DNA from: Octopus sinensis
Taxonomy: Eukaryota
Assembly: GCF_006345805.1 (NCBI RefSeq)
Contig: NC_043022.1
Span: 12,028,001-12,092,000 of the forward strand
Reading direction: 5' to 3'
DNA: 64,000 bases
The translations under genes were made by a program, and so were the position numbers. Position 1 is the stretch's first letter. Every line of letters begins with the position of its first letter. Of this stretch, positions 61,663 through 64,000 are shown piece after piece. The notes under the pieces are model-generated. The model saw only the letters and a program-made list of their open reading frames with translations. It was not told the origin of the DNA and searched no databases.

Positions 61663-63419
61663 CAAATACCAGCTGTACTATGACAGTTATTTTAATAAGT
61701 TTTTTATTACTTCCAAAATTACTTGAATCATAGGCAGTGTATTTCAACAGAAATGTCATAACAAAATGGTTAATATTCTTGGAACTGTTTCTGCTAATAT
61801 TGCACTTGTTGAGATCAGGGTCTTTGTGGTGGTCCAATCCTGCTCAAACGGATTTTATGAATGAAAGACTTTCCAACCATGACCATTCTTTCTTTAATGT
61901 TCAAATTGTGTATTTCTGATTAATCTTCTTAGCTGCTATAGGTTGGACAAGGAGGCAATGATCCAGAGCACTGTGCCAAGTTCCATTGCCTACTTTTGGA
62001 TGGCCTCAGCTTAATGCCCTTCATAACACCAGCCACTTCATATACTATGGAATACTTCAACTTCAAGGGTGGGCTTGGCCTTTTTCTCAAATTGTAAAAT
62101 ATTTGAGGCAAATTTTCGGCTGCTGTTTCTAGATCAAGTTATCCTGTAGACATTTCATCAATTTCGGTGGGTTGTTGGTTTATGTCAGGTTGGGGTCGTC
62201 ATTAGTACTCCCATATTTACAATCAGTTAATTAACAGAGTAATCCAGATATTCTGCCTCATTCAAATCAACCAGATCTGGCATCTCACACCTAACTTACA
62301 ATATCATTCTAAAAAGAAACAATCTCATTGAAATCTTAAAGCTACAAGATAATACATAATTAATTCTAAAGGTGAATAAATAAGCATTACATTTGGGGAA
62401 ATAATGTGAAAGCTAAAGCTCTGAGGAACCCCTGATTTATTTTATCATTCCTCAACAAAGAAAAGTCCTCAGTATTGGTGAGGTTTGTTTAGAGTTACTG
62501 TAATGAAACAACTATTCAGTTTTCTATTTATTTTAACACAGAAGGTCTTGTGTAAAAATCTTGAAAGATACAGGCACGACTGTGCTATGAAGGGTTCACA
62601 ATTTCACTGACAGTTTTATTTTGAGCAAGCTTATTCTTTAACCATCCTTGAGTTAGCATTTTTCTTGTATCAGATTTTTAAAGGCAAAAAAAGCCAGCAT
62701 CCAGACACCGGCACATATATATATACTACAGGCTACTTTTCGTTTTACATCTACCAATATCCGATAAGGCTTTTGTTGGCCTGGACCTATAGTAGAAGAC
62801 ACTTGTAGAAGTTACTGTGACTATGTGAAACTACTCTCTTGAGAAATGAACTTGTAAATCAGTCATGCCGGGAGAAGAACCCAATCCTTTCAAACAAAAA
62901 AAATATTTTTCCCGATCTACTTAGATGGTTCATTGTAACTTTTACTATGAATCAGTAATCTTTCTACTCGCTGTTTAATAATAACATCTTGCAGCCGATG
63001 CTTGCATGACATGGGTATTTGCTACTGAGGAAACTGACAACAAATCTAGCAACTTCGCTAGTATTGTTCGACCTTCGCCTGCTGCTGGTATTTCTGTACT
63101 ACATGTGTAATGGTATGCGATTCAGTGTCTGGCGTAATGTCGGACAGGGGAAGTAATCAAGTAATTATTCCACTTGAATTTGGACATGTTAAGACAAAAA
63201 AATAATTCATAAAATACCTGTAGGATGAACTTTTATTTATTTTCCGAATTTTCAGCTCTACGCCCAGTCTTTTGCACATACAAAGTAAGTAGCTTATTGT
63301 AATCACTTTGGGACAGAGTTATTTAGATAACATTAAGCAGGAGATATGACAATATTCTGATCATGTTTGCTAGTCAGTATTTCGTGTGTATCTTAGTACT
63401 TATATATGACATATATTCT

Positions 63420-63615
63420 TATTTCTTTATTGCCCGCAAGGAGCTAAACATAGAATGAACAGACAAAGAGATTAAGTCGATTGCATGGACTCCAGTGCGT
63501 AACTGGTACTTCATTTATCGACCCCGAAAGGATGAAAGGCAGAATGTAACGGCAGATGAAATACCGCTTAGCATTTCGCCCGGTGTGCTAACGTTTCTGC
63601 CAGCTTGCCGCCTTT
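63420..63615 (-). mobile_element. SINE family B, internally deleted
   Basis: Reverse complement of family B lacking the B-box segment. Confidence 0.78.
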
Positions 63616-64000
63616 TTGACATATTCTAAATGCATTTGTTTGCATATGAAGCTTCTCTTCTCTGTTAACCTCACTATAATCACACTGCATCTCTTTCGTG
63701 TGTTCATAATTTCCATTGGTTACTTACTATTTAATTTCTACCTTCAGAAATGGAGTAGTGGGGACATAATAGAGGCCATGTGTGGCAACTAAAGGACTCC
63801 CATGAACCTAGTTGTTTGACTGACTGACTAAGCAATCAAATGATCAATTAGTTAAATGGCGAACTAGTTGCCTAACCTTTTCTACTGTAGGCACAAGGCC
63901 TGAAATTTTGTGGGGAAGCAGTTTGATTGCCTGGGCCCCAGGTGCTCAACTGGTATTTATTTGATCAACCCTGAAAGGTAGCATTGACCACAATGGAATT

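Overview
Eukaryotic animal DNA, AT-rich and dense in microsatellites and SINEs. The repeat families look octopod (Octopus-like); this is an inference, not a database match. Two complete intron-rich genes lie head-to-head with start codons about 2.0 kb apart. On the minus strand is SDF4/Cab45 (6 coding exons, 25408 to 7072, 410 aa, six EF-hands, C-terminal HDEF). On the plus strand is cyclin L (11 coding exons, 27437 to 60722, 479 aa, cyclin box plus RS domain). All exon phases were joined by hand and give uninterrupted frames. The rest is a 26-bp minisatellite, a 7 x 175-bp SINE-derived array, tRNA-derived SINEs, CR1-like LINE ends, Tc1/mariner remnants, piggyBac-like MITEs, a Helitron and fold-back elements. 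The best leads are: (1) a type I hammerhead ribozyme motif locked inside a perfect 58-bp palindrome in SDF4 intron 1; (2) a GC-rich structured RNA island with hammerhead-like strands in non-canonical order just before the last cyclin L exon; (3) a structured candidate poison exon in cyclin L intron 3 with two U1-5'-end-like motifs and a competing distal pairing; (4) a SINE insertion that co-captured 138 bp of nearby intron; (5) a GTAAG-packed purine-rich tandem array ending 6 nt before the cyclin L ATG. Cryptic exons and RNA structures are by-eye predictions and were not computed.
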